DNA of 64,000 nt from an uncultured Chthonomonadaceae bacterium (lineage in GTDB: Bacteria; Armatimonadota; Chthonomonadetes; Chthonomonadales; Chthonomonadaceae), in assembly GCA_963817895.1 (NCBI GenBank), contig CAWFQB010000004.1, positions 768,001 to 832,000 on the forward strand, written 5' to 3'. Each line of letters opens with the position of its first letter. The first letter of the stretch is position 1. The translations under genes were made by a program, and so were the position numbers. The notes beneath the pieces were generated by a model, which was not told the DNA's origin, searched no databases, and saw only the letters and a list, made by a program, of their open reading frames with translations. This document shows, piece by piece, positions 22,352 through 30,805 of this stretch.

Positions 22352-22375
22352 TAGAGACAGGAGGAAACTGCGCCT

Positions 22376-24508
22376 ATGAACCGAGCGGCACAGCAGCGCG
22401 CCGCCATTCGCCGCCTGACGGAAAGCCTGACCACGCCCCTGTCCCCGGAGGACGTGGAGCAGATTGTCGTCGAAGAAGCGCGCCGCCTGACCGATGCGGC
22501 CAGCGCGGCTCTTTGCCTGCTTGCCCCCGAAGGCGATATGCTCGATTTCGTGGCCGCAGCCGGGGAAAACGCCGCCCTGATCGTCGGCCTGCGCATACGC
22601 CTCAACGATTCTCTATCTGAACCGGTGATTGCTACCGGGCGCTGTGTGCTGCTCGACGCCCGCCCGGTTCAGGAAGCGGGCGATTTATTTGCCGCTGCGC
22701 GAGAACCCTTACCCGAAGTGGTTCCCAAACGGGCGGAACGGCGAACAGCAGACGCGCTTGCTGCCCCCCTGCATCTAACCGCTTCGCCCGGCGATAAATC
22801 CGCGTCCACCCGTTCCGCCGCTGTGGTTCCTCTGATACGCGACGGGCGCATCGTAGGCACGCTTTCCGCTTCCAACAAGACCGCCGACGGCTCCTCTCCC
22901 CCCTCCGCTTTCCCCGCTTCCCCCATGTTCGATCAGGACGATTTAGAAATTTTGACCATGCTTGCCGAGTTTGCCGGACTGTCGCGGATGGTAGATTACA
23001 CCTTCCGCCTTGCCCGCGAACAGTCCCGCGAACTGGCTGTGCTGTACGACGCCGCGCATACGATTGCGGGCAGCCTGAACGTGCAGGAGGTCATGGACAG
23101 CGTACTCGCCGCCATTTGCACCCATCTGGAACACCACACGGCTATTCTGTTTCTGCTTAATGACGAGCGTTCGCACCTGTTCATTGCAGCCGAACGCGGC
23201 CTGACCGAAGACGAGCGCGAGATTCAGTTTAGCGTGGAATCGGGCGCCCATGCGCGGGTTCTGGATAGCGGCATCCCTCGCCTGATCGAAGACACGGACG
23301 CGGCGGAGGATTTCGAGCCGTTTTCCGAACGCGCCCATGCCCTTTCCGCCATGATCGCGCCTATTCGCAGCCGCGACGAAACGCACGGCCTGATACTCGT
23401 GACAAGCCTACAGCGCCGCGCCTACCATCCCGACGACCTGAAGTTGCTGTCCGCAGTGGGGATGCAGGCGGGAATCGCGATTGAAAACGCCTGGCTGTAC
23501 GAGGACGCGCAGCGGCAGGCCGAAGAAGCCACCGCCCTGTACGATCTATCGCAGCACGTCAACGCCACGCTGCACCTCGACCGTGTGCTGAACTTCGTCG
23601 CCGAAAGCGTCCTGAACCTGCTGAAAGTGGATAAGTTCGCGTTGTTGTTGTACGACAGGGAGGAGGGGCGGCTTGTCACGCGCCTGTCGCGGAATGTAGA
23701 TGAGAATGCCTTCGCCAACGCGCGCCCGCGCATTGGCGAAGGCATTGCGGGGTGGGTGTACGAGTGGCAGACGCCGCAAGCCGTTTCCGATGTGGCCGCG
23801 GACGCCCGCAACCGCAGCGCGCCCATAGATCAGGCGGATGTGGCTTCCACGCTCTGCGTCCCGATGCAGGTGGGGGAAGATGTGATCGGCGTTATTCACG
23901 CCATGAGCAGCAAGCGGCGGTTGTTCACCGTCGCGGAGATGGAACTGCTGTACACCATTGCGAATCAGGCCGCGTTCGCGATAGTCAACGCCATGCAGTA
24001 TCAGGAGGCCCGCGCCAAATCCTACGAGATGCGCCGCTACTTCCGCCGCGTTGCGCAGGCCATCGGTTCCGCTGTGGAATCGCAAAACCTGCCGCAACTG
24101 CTGGCCGACCTTGCCATTGAAATCATGCGGGCGGACCGCTGCGCCATTTACCGCATAGACGGGGATACGCTGCGCCTGCAAGCCACCAGCCATTTTCGTC
24201 CCACCGTCCCCCCGGATGAGTCCATGCCGCTCGGATTTGGACTGGCCGGAAGCGTGGCGAAACGCGGTCAATCTCTTGTACTTGCCAATCTCGACGAAGA
24301 CCCTCGTTCCCGCGTTCACGCCTGGCTGAACCGCGAACGCCTCACCTCCTATCTCGCGGTTCCCCTCAAATCCGGGCGGCAAACCGTGGGCGTAATCGAA
24401 ATCTACACGCAGGAACGCCGCGCCTTTTCCTCCGAAGAGGTTCAACTCCTCTCCATGTTCACCCGCCGCGCCCGCCTGAGCGAGAAAATCGCGCTGGCTA
24501 CAGTTTAA
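22376..24508 (+). CDS. Protein made of four tandem GAF domains
   Basis: Four repeats ending in V/AP(L/I/M)...G.(L/I)...F...(D/E)..(L/I)L; GEGIAGWV; no output domain. Confidence 0.85.
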   Translation: MNRAAQQRAAIRRLTESLTTPLSPEDVEQIVVEEARRLTDAASAALCLLAPEGDMLDFVAAAGENAALIVGLRIRLNDSLSEPVIATGRCVLLDARPVQEAGDLFAAAREPLPEVVPKRAERRTADALAAPLHLTASPGDKSASTRSAAVVPLIRDGRIVGTLSASNKTADGSSPPSAFPASPMFDQDDLEILTMLAEFAGLSRMVDYTFRLAREQSRELAVLYDAAHTIAGSLNVQEVMDSVLAAICTHLEHHTAILFLLNDERSHLFIAAERGLTEDEREIQFSVESGAHARVLDSGIPRLIEDTDAAEDFEPFSERAHALSAMIAPIRSRDETHGLILVTSLQRRAYHPDDLKLLSAVGMQAGIAIENAWLYEDAQRQAEEATALYDLSQHVNATLHLDRVLNFVAESVLNLLKVDKFALLLYDREEGRLVTRLSRNVDENAFANARPRIGEGIAGWVYEWQTPQAVSDVAADARNRSAPIDQADVASTLCVPMQVGEDVIGVIHAMSSKRRLFTVAEMELLYTIANQAAFAIVNAMQYQEARAKSYEMRRYFRRVAQAIGSAVESQNLPQLLADLAIEIMRADRCAIYRIDGDTLRLQATSHFRPTVPPDESMPLGFGLAGSVAKRGQSLVLANLDEDPRSRVHAWLNRERLTSYLAVPLKSGRQTVGVIEIYTQERRAFSSEEVQLLSMFTRRARLSEKIALATV

Positions 24509-25413
24509 TCCTCAACGGGTGGCGGAAATGGCCGGTCATCGGGTTTGAAGTCGCGCAGGTTGGAGCGCAACGCGTAGCCCACTTCGCCCGCCAGTTTGCC
24601 GCTCAGGATACGAATGTAGTCCGTCGTGCCGTTTCCGCGTTTGAGCAGTTTGGCCTGTGTTCCCGCATCCAGCAGCAGGACTTTGCCACTCGTCACCAGT
24701 TCGCGGTAGGCGTACTCGTCCTTAATCCGCATCACGTCCTCGAACGCGGCAAGGTCGGACTCGGACGGCACGAATTCAACTACAGCCCGGTCATCCGTGT
24801 TTTTCAACACGCCGATGTCGCCGCGCTGAATGCTGCTGGACAGTACATTAATTTCAGGAGGCGTAGTTTCATTGTCGCGTTTCCCCTGCGCTCTGTTTTT
24901 CAGCGATTCGGCTACCTTATGCAGGTTTTCCTTCAGACTCGACAGTTCATTTGCATCGTTCGGTTCTACGGATGTGCTGTCTTTGAGCAGTTGCTGAACT
25001 TCGGGACGCAAACGTTCTAACGTCGCGCCTGAATCCGCCAGTATTCGCCCCCCCAGACTGTCAGGTACGCGGGCAAGTCCGAGCAGGATATGCTCTGTTC
25101 CGATGTAGTTGGTTTGCAGTATCTTGGCCTCGGCATAGGCCATGTCAATCACCTGTTTCGCGCTGTCTGCAAGCTGCATGTCTTGCGCATTGCCGCCGGC
25201 TCCGCGCTGCGCATGCTGTTCCACTTCCGAGCGGATGCGCCGGGTAGAAATATGCAGGCGGTCTTCCAGAACTCGCGCCGCCACACAGTCGCCTTCTCGT
25301 AGTAATCCCAGCAGCACATGTTCCGAGCCGACCTCATGGTGTCCCCAACGCGCCGCTTCTTCCTGCGCGAAAAACACCACACGCCGCGCCCGCTCTGTAA
25401 GTCTCTGCCACAT
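24505..25413 (-). CDS. Stand-alone double Clp-N domain protein with an unknown C-terminal domain
   Basis: MWQRLTERARRVVFFAQEEA, GSEHVLLGL and IGTEHILLGL; no AAA+ Walker motifs. Confidence 0.85.
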   Translation of the reverse strand: MWQRLTERARRVVFFAQEEAARWGHHEVGSEHVLLGLLREGDCVAARVLEDRLHISTRRIRSEVEQHAQRGAGGNAQDMQLADSAKQVIDMAYAEAKILQTNYIGTEHILLGLARVPDSLGGRILADSGATLERLRPEVQQLLKDSTSVEPNDANELSSLKENLHKVAESLKNRAQGKRDNETTPPEINVLSSSIQRGDIGVLKNTDDRAVVEFVPSESDLAAFEDVMRIKDEYAYRELVTSGKVLLLDAGTQAKLLKRGNGTTDYIRILSGKLAGEVGYALRSNLRDFKPDDRPFPPPVED

Positions 25414-25440
25414 AGTTTGTTCAATCCTTTCGGAAGACAA

Positions 25441-25528
25441 GAATATGGAATATGGGAATGTAGGAATATGGGAATATGGGAAGCCGAATGGAAGAACCAC
25501 ATTCCCATATTCCATATTCCTACATTCC
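25441..25528. repeat. Inverted arrays of 7-8-nt tandem repeats (ggaatatg / catattcc)
   Basis: Seen directly in the intergenic gap. Confidence 0.85.
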
Positions 25529-25532
25529 GCCT

Positions 25533-26936
25533 TCATAACTTCGTTAAATCCAGTATGCTGTCAAGGCTGTGTCGGACGGGTGGCGCCTGACGCGGTTGCG
25601 GGTAATCGAATAACGCCCATGCCGCGTCTTCAACCGTTATCAAGCCCTGCCGAATTTTGTTGCGGGCATCGTCCCACAGGGAACCGCCGCCTGCGAACGC
25701 CTGCATCCACAGCGCGTTTTCATCGGCGCGTTCCGCGATGAGATGGCGCAGGGCATCATTGATTTCCATTACTTCAAACAGGCCGACGCGCCCCCTGTAG
25801 CCCGTTTGCCGGCAGTTGTCGCACCCGGTTCCCTTGCGGAACGGGCCATCCTCCAGCAGGGACAGGCCGGCGCGGGACAGGTCGCGTTCCGAGGGCGTGT
25901 AGGGCGCGGAACAATCGGGACACACGCGACGCGCCAATCGCAGACCAATCGCGCCCGCCAGATTGCCCGCCAGCAGATGATTGACTATTCCGATGTCGCG
26001 CAATCGCTGCGCCACCTGAACCGCGCTTCCGACATGCAATAGCGACAATACCAGATGCCCCGTGACTGCCGCTTCGATGCTCAATTCCGCGATCTCCTGA
26101 CTGCGGCACTCCGCCACATAAATGATGTCGGGGTCGGAGCGCATTATGCAGCGGAGCGCGGCGGTGTAGGTCAGGCCGGAGCGCCGATTGACGGCAACCT
26201 GCGAGACGCCGGATATCTGGTATTCGAATGGGTCTTCAACCGTGAGGATGTTTGCAGCGGGCGCGCTGACGGTATGGGCATAGCGCAGCAGGGCGTAAGC
26301 GAGGGTTGTTTTGCCGCTTGCCGCCGCGCCCGTTAAAATCACGTAACCATGCGGGCGTTCCATCAATCGCTTCACAGCCGCAAGCGTAGGTTCATCCATG
26401 CCGAGCGTATCCAGTTCCCGAAACACGTTCGATTTGTCCAGAATTCGCGCCGTAATCCGTTCGCCGGTGATGGTGGGCAGGACAGAAACGCGCAGGTCGA
26501 ACTCTTTCTGCTGATAGCGGCACTGGATTCGCCCGTCCTGCGGCAGTTTCTGCTCGGCCACGTTCATTTCCGCCATCACCTTCCATCTGTCTACAAGGGC
26601 GCGGTGCTGTTCAGCGGGAAGCCTGCCGACCTCCTGCAATCGCCCGTCAATTCGGTAGTAAACGGTCGTGCCGCGCCCCTGTCCCTGATGGTTCTCCGCG
26701 TCGGGCGTGATATGAATGTCGCTGGCGCGATCCCGAATGGCCTGTTGTATCTGCGCGTTGACCAGCCGCGTAACGCTCTCCTGACTGGCCGCTTCCAGCA
26801 TGTCGAGCAGGGCGCGGCTGCTTTCCAGTTCCGTTCGTAACGCTTCCGATTCAAACAGCGCAGCCTCGAAAGTGGTCCGCTCCTCCTCATTCATTTCGCC
26901 GCGCAAGTACGCCAGCGCCTGTTCCTGATACGTCAT
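25533..26936 (-). CDS. Anti-sigma-like N-terminal domain fused to a GspE/PilB-family ATPase
   Basis: N-terminus QEQALAYLRGEMNEEERTTFEAAL; ASDIHI, RIDG, LPQDGR, GAAASGKTT, TVEDP, DPDIIYVAE, TGHLV, CPDC/CDNC; AAGGAG RBS and ATGA overlap. Confidence 0.85.
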   Translation of the reverse strand: MTYQEQALAYLRGEMNEEERTTFEAALFESEALRTELESSRALLDMLEAASQESVTRLVNAQIQQAIRDRASDIHITPDAENHQGQGRGTTVYYRIDGRLQEVGRLPAEQHRALVDRWKVMAEMNVAEQKLPQDGRIQCRYQQKEFDLRVSVLPTITGERITARILDKSNVFRELDTLGMDEPTLAAVKRLMERPHGYVILTGAAASGKTTLAYALLRYAHTVSAPAANILTVEDPFEYQISGVSQVAVNRRSGLTYTAALRCIMRSDPDIIYVAECRSQEIAELSIEAAVTGHLVLSLLHVGSAVQVAQRLRDIGIVNHLLAGNLAGAIGLRLARRVCPDCSAPYTPSERDLSRAGLSLLEDGPFRKGTGCDNCRQTGYRGRVGLFEVMEINDALRHLIAERADENALWMQAFAGGGSLWDDARNKIRQGLITVEDAAWALFDYPQPRQAPPVRHSLDSILDLTKL

Positions 26937-27490
26937 AATTCTGTTTCTCCTTCGGAGAGTGTTTGCTTCAAGCGGCGAATGGCTTCCGACAGGCGCGACT
27001 TCACCGTACCCAGGGGAATTTGCAGTTGTCGCGCGATTTCCGCATACGTGAGTTGTTTTGAGTGACGGAGTTCTACCGCTTCGCGCAAATGGGGCGGTAA
27101 TTCGCTTATGGCTTGCCGCATTCGCGCCTGCCGGTCCTGCCGAAATACAATCCATTCCGGCTGTGTTTGTTCCGGCGTGGCGATATGCTGCGCCTCCTCG
27201 ACCGGTGAGCAAAGCGCGTCCTGCCGCAGCTTGCGCTTATGGTTGAGCAGGTGATGCTTGCCTATCTGGAACAGGTACGCGGAAAACTTGCCCGTCGGCT
27301 GATACGCCTGTCGCAGCAACCACAGCCGCAGAAACGTTTCCTGTACGCAATCGTCCGCCTGGGAGGATTCCAGCAGCAGCGCGGCGAAAAAGCGGCGTAA
27401 GGGTTCGCGGTAGCGTAGTGTTAATTTCTGAAACGCGCCCATGTCGCCCTTTTGCGCGCGCAGCATCAGTTCTATATCGCTTGGCTCCAT
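26933..27490 (-). CDS. ECF RNA polymerase sigma factor
   Basis: GD..AF..L..RY, ADD.VQETFLRLW, FSAYLF, LTYAEIA..L.IPLGTVKSRL. Confidence 0.93.
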   Translation of the reverse strand: MEPSDIELMLRAQKGDMGAFQKLTLRYREPLRRFFAALLLESSQADDCVQETFLRLWLLRQAYQPTGKFSAYLFQIGKHHLLNHKRKLRQDALCSPVEEAQHIATPEQTQPEWIVFRQDRQARMRQAISELPPHLREAVELRHSKQLTYAEIARQLQIPLGTVKSRLSEAIRRLKQTLSEGETEL

Positions 27491-27532
27491 CGGCTCTGGT
27501 TTCCCGCTCCCGCTTTCAAAGCTGTTCCGCTG

Positions 27533-27562
27533 TATACAGGTCAGCAAACGCGCCAAAGGTTC
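27533..27562 (-). promoter_or_regulatory. Candidate autoregulatory ECF promoter
   Basis: Minus strand GAACCTTT-N16-TGTATA about 43 nt upstream of the sigma start. Confidence 0.55.
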
Positions 27563-27585
27563 GCGCTTTTCGTGTACAATAAACA

Positions 27586-28077
27586 ATGCCTGACTTCGAC
27601 AACATTGATGACCTTGTGAAAAGCGGGCCGCGTCGTTTGCAGGACGCGGAAGAGTTGATGCAATTTCCTACGCATAATGCGCAGCGTTCCGACGCGCCGA
27701 CGCGCCATTTACGAGGCGCAATGTATCTGGCGGGATATGGCGTAGAGTGCCTGCTCAAAGCGTATATAATTGAACAAGAAGGCTGTCGCACTCTTACAGA
27801 AGCGCAGAATAAAATCAATGAACGACGCAAGCGCGAAGGCGCGGAATTGTTGCGTGATATTGCGGGTTCTGCCGCTGGACATAGTATTGATTACTTGTTG
27901 CGTTTAACTGACCTTTCCGACAAGTATGAGTTTGACATAAGACTTTGGGGACGGCTGGCACAATGGAAATCATTCTGGCGATATGATCCCAATCCGGCAA
28001 CACGGCAGGAAGCAGAAGTGTTTCTGACAGACATACTGGCCGCGATCAATTGGCTGAAACCTAAGGTTTTCTCGTAA
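27586..28077 (+). CDS. HEPN-domain protein, probably leaderless
   Basis: RRLQDAEEL, GAMYLAGYGVECLLKA, GHSIDYL, W...WRY; TACAAT lies 5 nt before the ATG and there is no RBS. Confidence 0.78.
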   Translation: MPDFDNIDDLVKSGPRRLQDAEELMQFPTHNAQRSDAPTRHLRGAMYLAGYGVECLLKAYIIEQEGCRTLTEAQNKINERRKREGAELLRDIAGSAAGHSIDYLLRLTDLSDKYEFDIRLWGRLAQWKSFWRYDPNPATRQEAEVFLTDILAAINWLKPKVFS

Positions 28078-28089
28078 GGAGTGGTAGCA

Positions 28090-28356
28090 ATGGCAAGCGC
28101 AATCTTCGATTTTGCAGAGGCGAGCCGCAAAGTGGAAACTGTTTTACGCAGCGCGTTCCCCACCAATACCGTCATCAAAACAGATGAAGGCTGGCATGGG
28201 CGTGTCCACGTCAAAATCATTTCCGATGCGTTGGATGGCAAAACCGCTCACCAAAAACAGGATTACGTCTGGGACATTCTAAACGCCGAACTTGGCGCGG
28301 ATGCGCAGGCCGTTTCTCTCGTCCTTGCCTATGGCTCCAACGAACTTCTGGACTAA
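28090..28356 (+). CDS. Small BolA-like fold protein
   Basis: VHVKIISDALDGKTAHQKQDYVWDIL resembles the BolA H..V.IVS..F.G.....R...V...L pattern; TAAGGAG RBS. Confidence 0.6.
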   Translation: MASAIFDFAEASRKVETVLRSAFPTNTVIKTDEGWHGRVHVKIISDALDGKTAHQKQDYVWDILNAELGADAQAVSLVLAYGSNELLD

Positions 28357-28405
28357 GTTTGAAACGTTAATCAACACGCAACCTGTGCAATGGAAACAAT
28401 CACCA

Positions 28406-28711
28406 ATGGCTTCTTTGAGCAGTCATTCTAATGTCTATAACACCTGTTTGCATATTTTACGTCAGCGCGGGTACAGGCTTTGGGTCGAAGGAGAACAGGA
28501 CGAAAGCGGCTGTTATCCTACCGAGTTGGCATGGATGGCAGAAAAGAACGGCGCAACCTTCCACGCTGATAATCCGATTGAACTGATGGGCCTGGCAGCC
28601 ATTTATGAGCATGTCAATCCTGTTGGTGAGGTACAGCCCGGTTGGTGGACGGTACAAGGGCCGGACATAAAAAACGAACTATTGGAAGCGGCTTTTCCTG
28701 ACGATGAGTAA
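28406..28711 (+). CDS. Hypothetical protein (101 aa)
   Basis: Compact ORF overlapping the next start; NVYNTCL.IL...GY and F.ADNPIELMGL. Confidence 0.65.
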   Translation: MASLSSHSNVYNTCLHILRQRGYRLWVEGEQDESGCYPTELAWMAEKNGATFHADNPIELMGLAAIYEHVNPVGEVQPGWWTVQGPDIKNELLEAAFPDDE

Positions 28712-29429
28712 CCTAACATCTATGATGCCCCAACACGAAACACGCAGTTTGCCCCTGCAATTTCTTTTGACCGGCTTTGGGCCGTTCGGCAATGTGGTTG
28801 ACAATCCGACCGAACGCCTGTTGCGCCATTTTGAAGGACAACCCCAGTCTGGTCTTGAACTGACAACCTGCGCCCTGCCCACTTCGTTCGGGCGTGGGCC
28901 GCAGGTGTTCAAAGCCGCTTTGGAAGCGGGCGGGCGGGGCGGGCAGACGTTCGATATTGTTTTAATGCTCGGCGTGGCGGCGGGAAGTTACGCCTGGCGT
29001 GTGGAAACGCAGGGATTGAACTGGGATGACCCGCGTATTCCCGACGTAGACGGTTTTTCTACGCCCGGCAGAACCATTGTGGAGGGCAGCCCCGCGCAAC
29101 TGCCTTCCACCCTGTCGCCCTCCCTGTTGGCGCAGGCGATTGAAACCGTCGGCGTTCCCGTCATATTGTCGAACTCGGCGGGCGCGTATCTGTGCAATCA
29201 TCTGCTGTATGTCGCCCTGCATCACGTTCAGGCGTCCGGGTATCCCGCTCAGGTGGGCTTTCTGCACATCCCCGCCGACGAACACACCTACGCGCCCCCG
29301 GCCCCGGACGCCGTGACAACAACGCCGTCCGGCAGTGTTTTTCCCTTCGCGCAGCACATAGACGTTATCCGCGCCGCGCTGTCTTATGTGGCGCAGTACG
29401 CAAATAAGGGAGTGGAGAATAGGGAGTAG
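28704..29429 (+). CDS. pcp: Pyroglutamyl-peptidase I (peptidase C15)
   Basis: LLTGFGPFG, NP, SNSAGAYLCN, GFLHIP. Confidence 0.88.
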   Translation: MSNLTSMMPQHETRSLPLQFLLTGFGPFGNVVDNPTERLLRHFEGQPQSGLELTTCALPTSFGRGPQVFKAALEAGGRGGQTFDIVLMLGVAAGSYAWRVETQGLNWDDPRIPDVDGFSTPGRTIVEGSPAQLPSTLSPSLLAQAIETVGVPVILSNSAGAYLCNHLLYVALHHVQASGYPAQVGFLHIPADEHTYAPPAPDAVTTTPSGSVFPFAQHIDVIRAALSYVAQYANKGVENRE

Positions 29430-29467
29430 AAAAAGGGTTTGCTATTCCCCACTCCCTACTCCCTCAT

Positions 29468-30370
29468 TTGGAGATTGCCTTGACATTCAACCTGAATTCC
29501 TATATGGAACGCAAGCGGCAGGACGTGGAAGCCGCGCTGGATTGCTATTTGCCGCCCACGACGGCCCGCCCCGAAACCCTGCACAACTCGCTACGCTACA
29601 GCGTGTTGGCTCCGGGCAAGCGGCTGCGGCCTATACTGGTTCTTGCGTCAGCGGAAGCTGTTGGCGGTTCGGCGCAGGATGTGATGCCGACTGCCTGCGC
29701 TCTGGAGTGCATCCACGCTTTCAGCCTTATCCACGATGACCTGCCCTGCATGGATAACGACGACTACCGGCGCGGACGCCTGACCAATCACAAGGTTTAC
29801 GGCGAGGCGATGGCGCTATTGGCCGGGGACGCCCTGCTCGCGCTGGCCTTTCAAATGATCGCGGATAACGGCAAACTGGTGATTGCCGAGCGCATCATTC
29901 CCGTGCTGCATCTGGTTGCGGAAGCGTCGGGGACGTGGGGCATGGTGGGTGGACAAGTGGTGGATATGCAGTCGCAGGGGCAGGAGGTGACGCCCGACAC
30001 GCTGCGCTACATTCACGGCCACAAGACCGGCGCGCTGCTGACCGCGTCCGTTCTTTCCGGGGCGATGCTGGCGGGCGGCAGTCCACAGGAACTGGAGAAC
30101 CTGCGCTCCTATGGCGGTCACATCGGGCTGGCGTTCCAGATCGCCGACGATATTCTGGACGTGACGGGCGACGAAAGCAAAATCGGCAAACCCGTCGGCA
30201 GCGATCAGGAACGCGACAAGGCCACCTATCCGCGCTTGTACGGACTGGACGAGTCGAAGCGGCGGGCGCATGAGGAAGTCGAGTCCGCGCTGACTACCCT
30301 GCATAGTTTCAGCACGGACGCCGACCCCCTCCGCGCCATCGCCCGCTACATTGTAGAACGCGATTTATAA
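29468..30370 (+). CDS. ispA: Farnesyl/geranylgeranyl diphosphate synthase
   Basis: GKRLRP, SLIHDDLPCMDNDDYRRG, KTGAL, FQIADDILD. Confidence 0.93.
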   Translation: MEIALTFNLNSYMERKRQDVEAALDCYLPPTTARPETLHNSLRYSVLAPGKRLRPILVLASAEAVGGSAQDVMPTACALECIHAFSLIHDDLPCMDNDDYRRGRLTNHKVYGEAMALLAGDALLALAFQMIADNGKLVIAERIIPVLHLVAEASGTWGMVGGQVVDMQSQGQEVTPDTLRYIHGHKTGALLTASVLSGAMLAGGSPQELENLRSYGGHIGLAFQIADDILDVTGDESKIGKPVGSDQERDKATYPRLYGLDESKRRAHEEVESALTTLHSFSTDADPLRAIARYIVERDL

Positions 30371-30549
30371 CTCTCTCCCGTCACTCAGAAAAATGCCGTT
30401 GCGTTGTACGCCAATTGTCAGCGCCAACTCCACTATATGCAGGGCAAAGAGTCCCTGTTAGCGGAGTTCGTTGCCCAACTCGCCGCAAAGGGAATTGACG
30501 TGAAACCGCAGTGACAGGATTGCAAATCAGCAAGTTGGTTCAATATGGA

Positions 30550-30745
30550 GGCTTGTACCCTCAAGCCCGGCCCTTCTCCCTGATACCCTCTCTGCGTTCG
30601 GAGGGAGAAGGGAGCGAGTGTGGAAGCCTTGCATGTTGTTTGTACAATGTTACTGTCACGAGACAAAGTGAACAGTTTCGCTCCCTTCTCCCTGTCCGCG
30701 CAGCGGACGAATTAGGGAGAAGGGCCGGGCTTGAGGGTACAAGCT
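30550..30745. repeat. Inverted pair of REP-like units
   Basis: gcttgtaccctcaagcccggcccttctccct...agggagaagggccgggcttgagggtacaagc. Confidence 0.85.
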
Positions 30746-30805
30746 TCCGGCGTTGCGCAAGGCTATTGGAATTGTGCGTCCCAAAGGTAGATTTGAGGTA
30801 GGCAG

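Noticed and set aside
25533..26936. Type IV pilus or T2SS locus
   Set aside because: No pilin, platform, secretin or prepilin peptidase genes in the window
25533..27212. 559-aa ORF start given in the track
   Set aside because: It overlaps the sigma gene; the ATG at 26936 has an AAGGAG RBS and ATGA coupling
30437..30514. 25-aa ORF MQGKESLLAEFVAQLAAKGIDVKPQ
   Set aside because: No RBS or recognisable motif; may be a gene remnant
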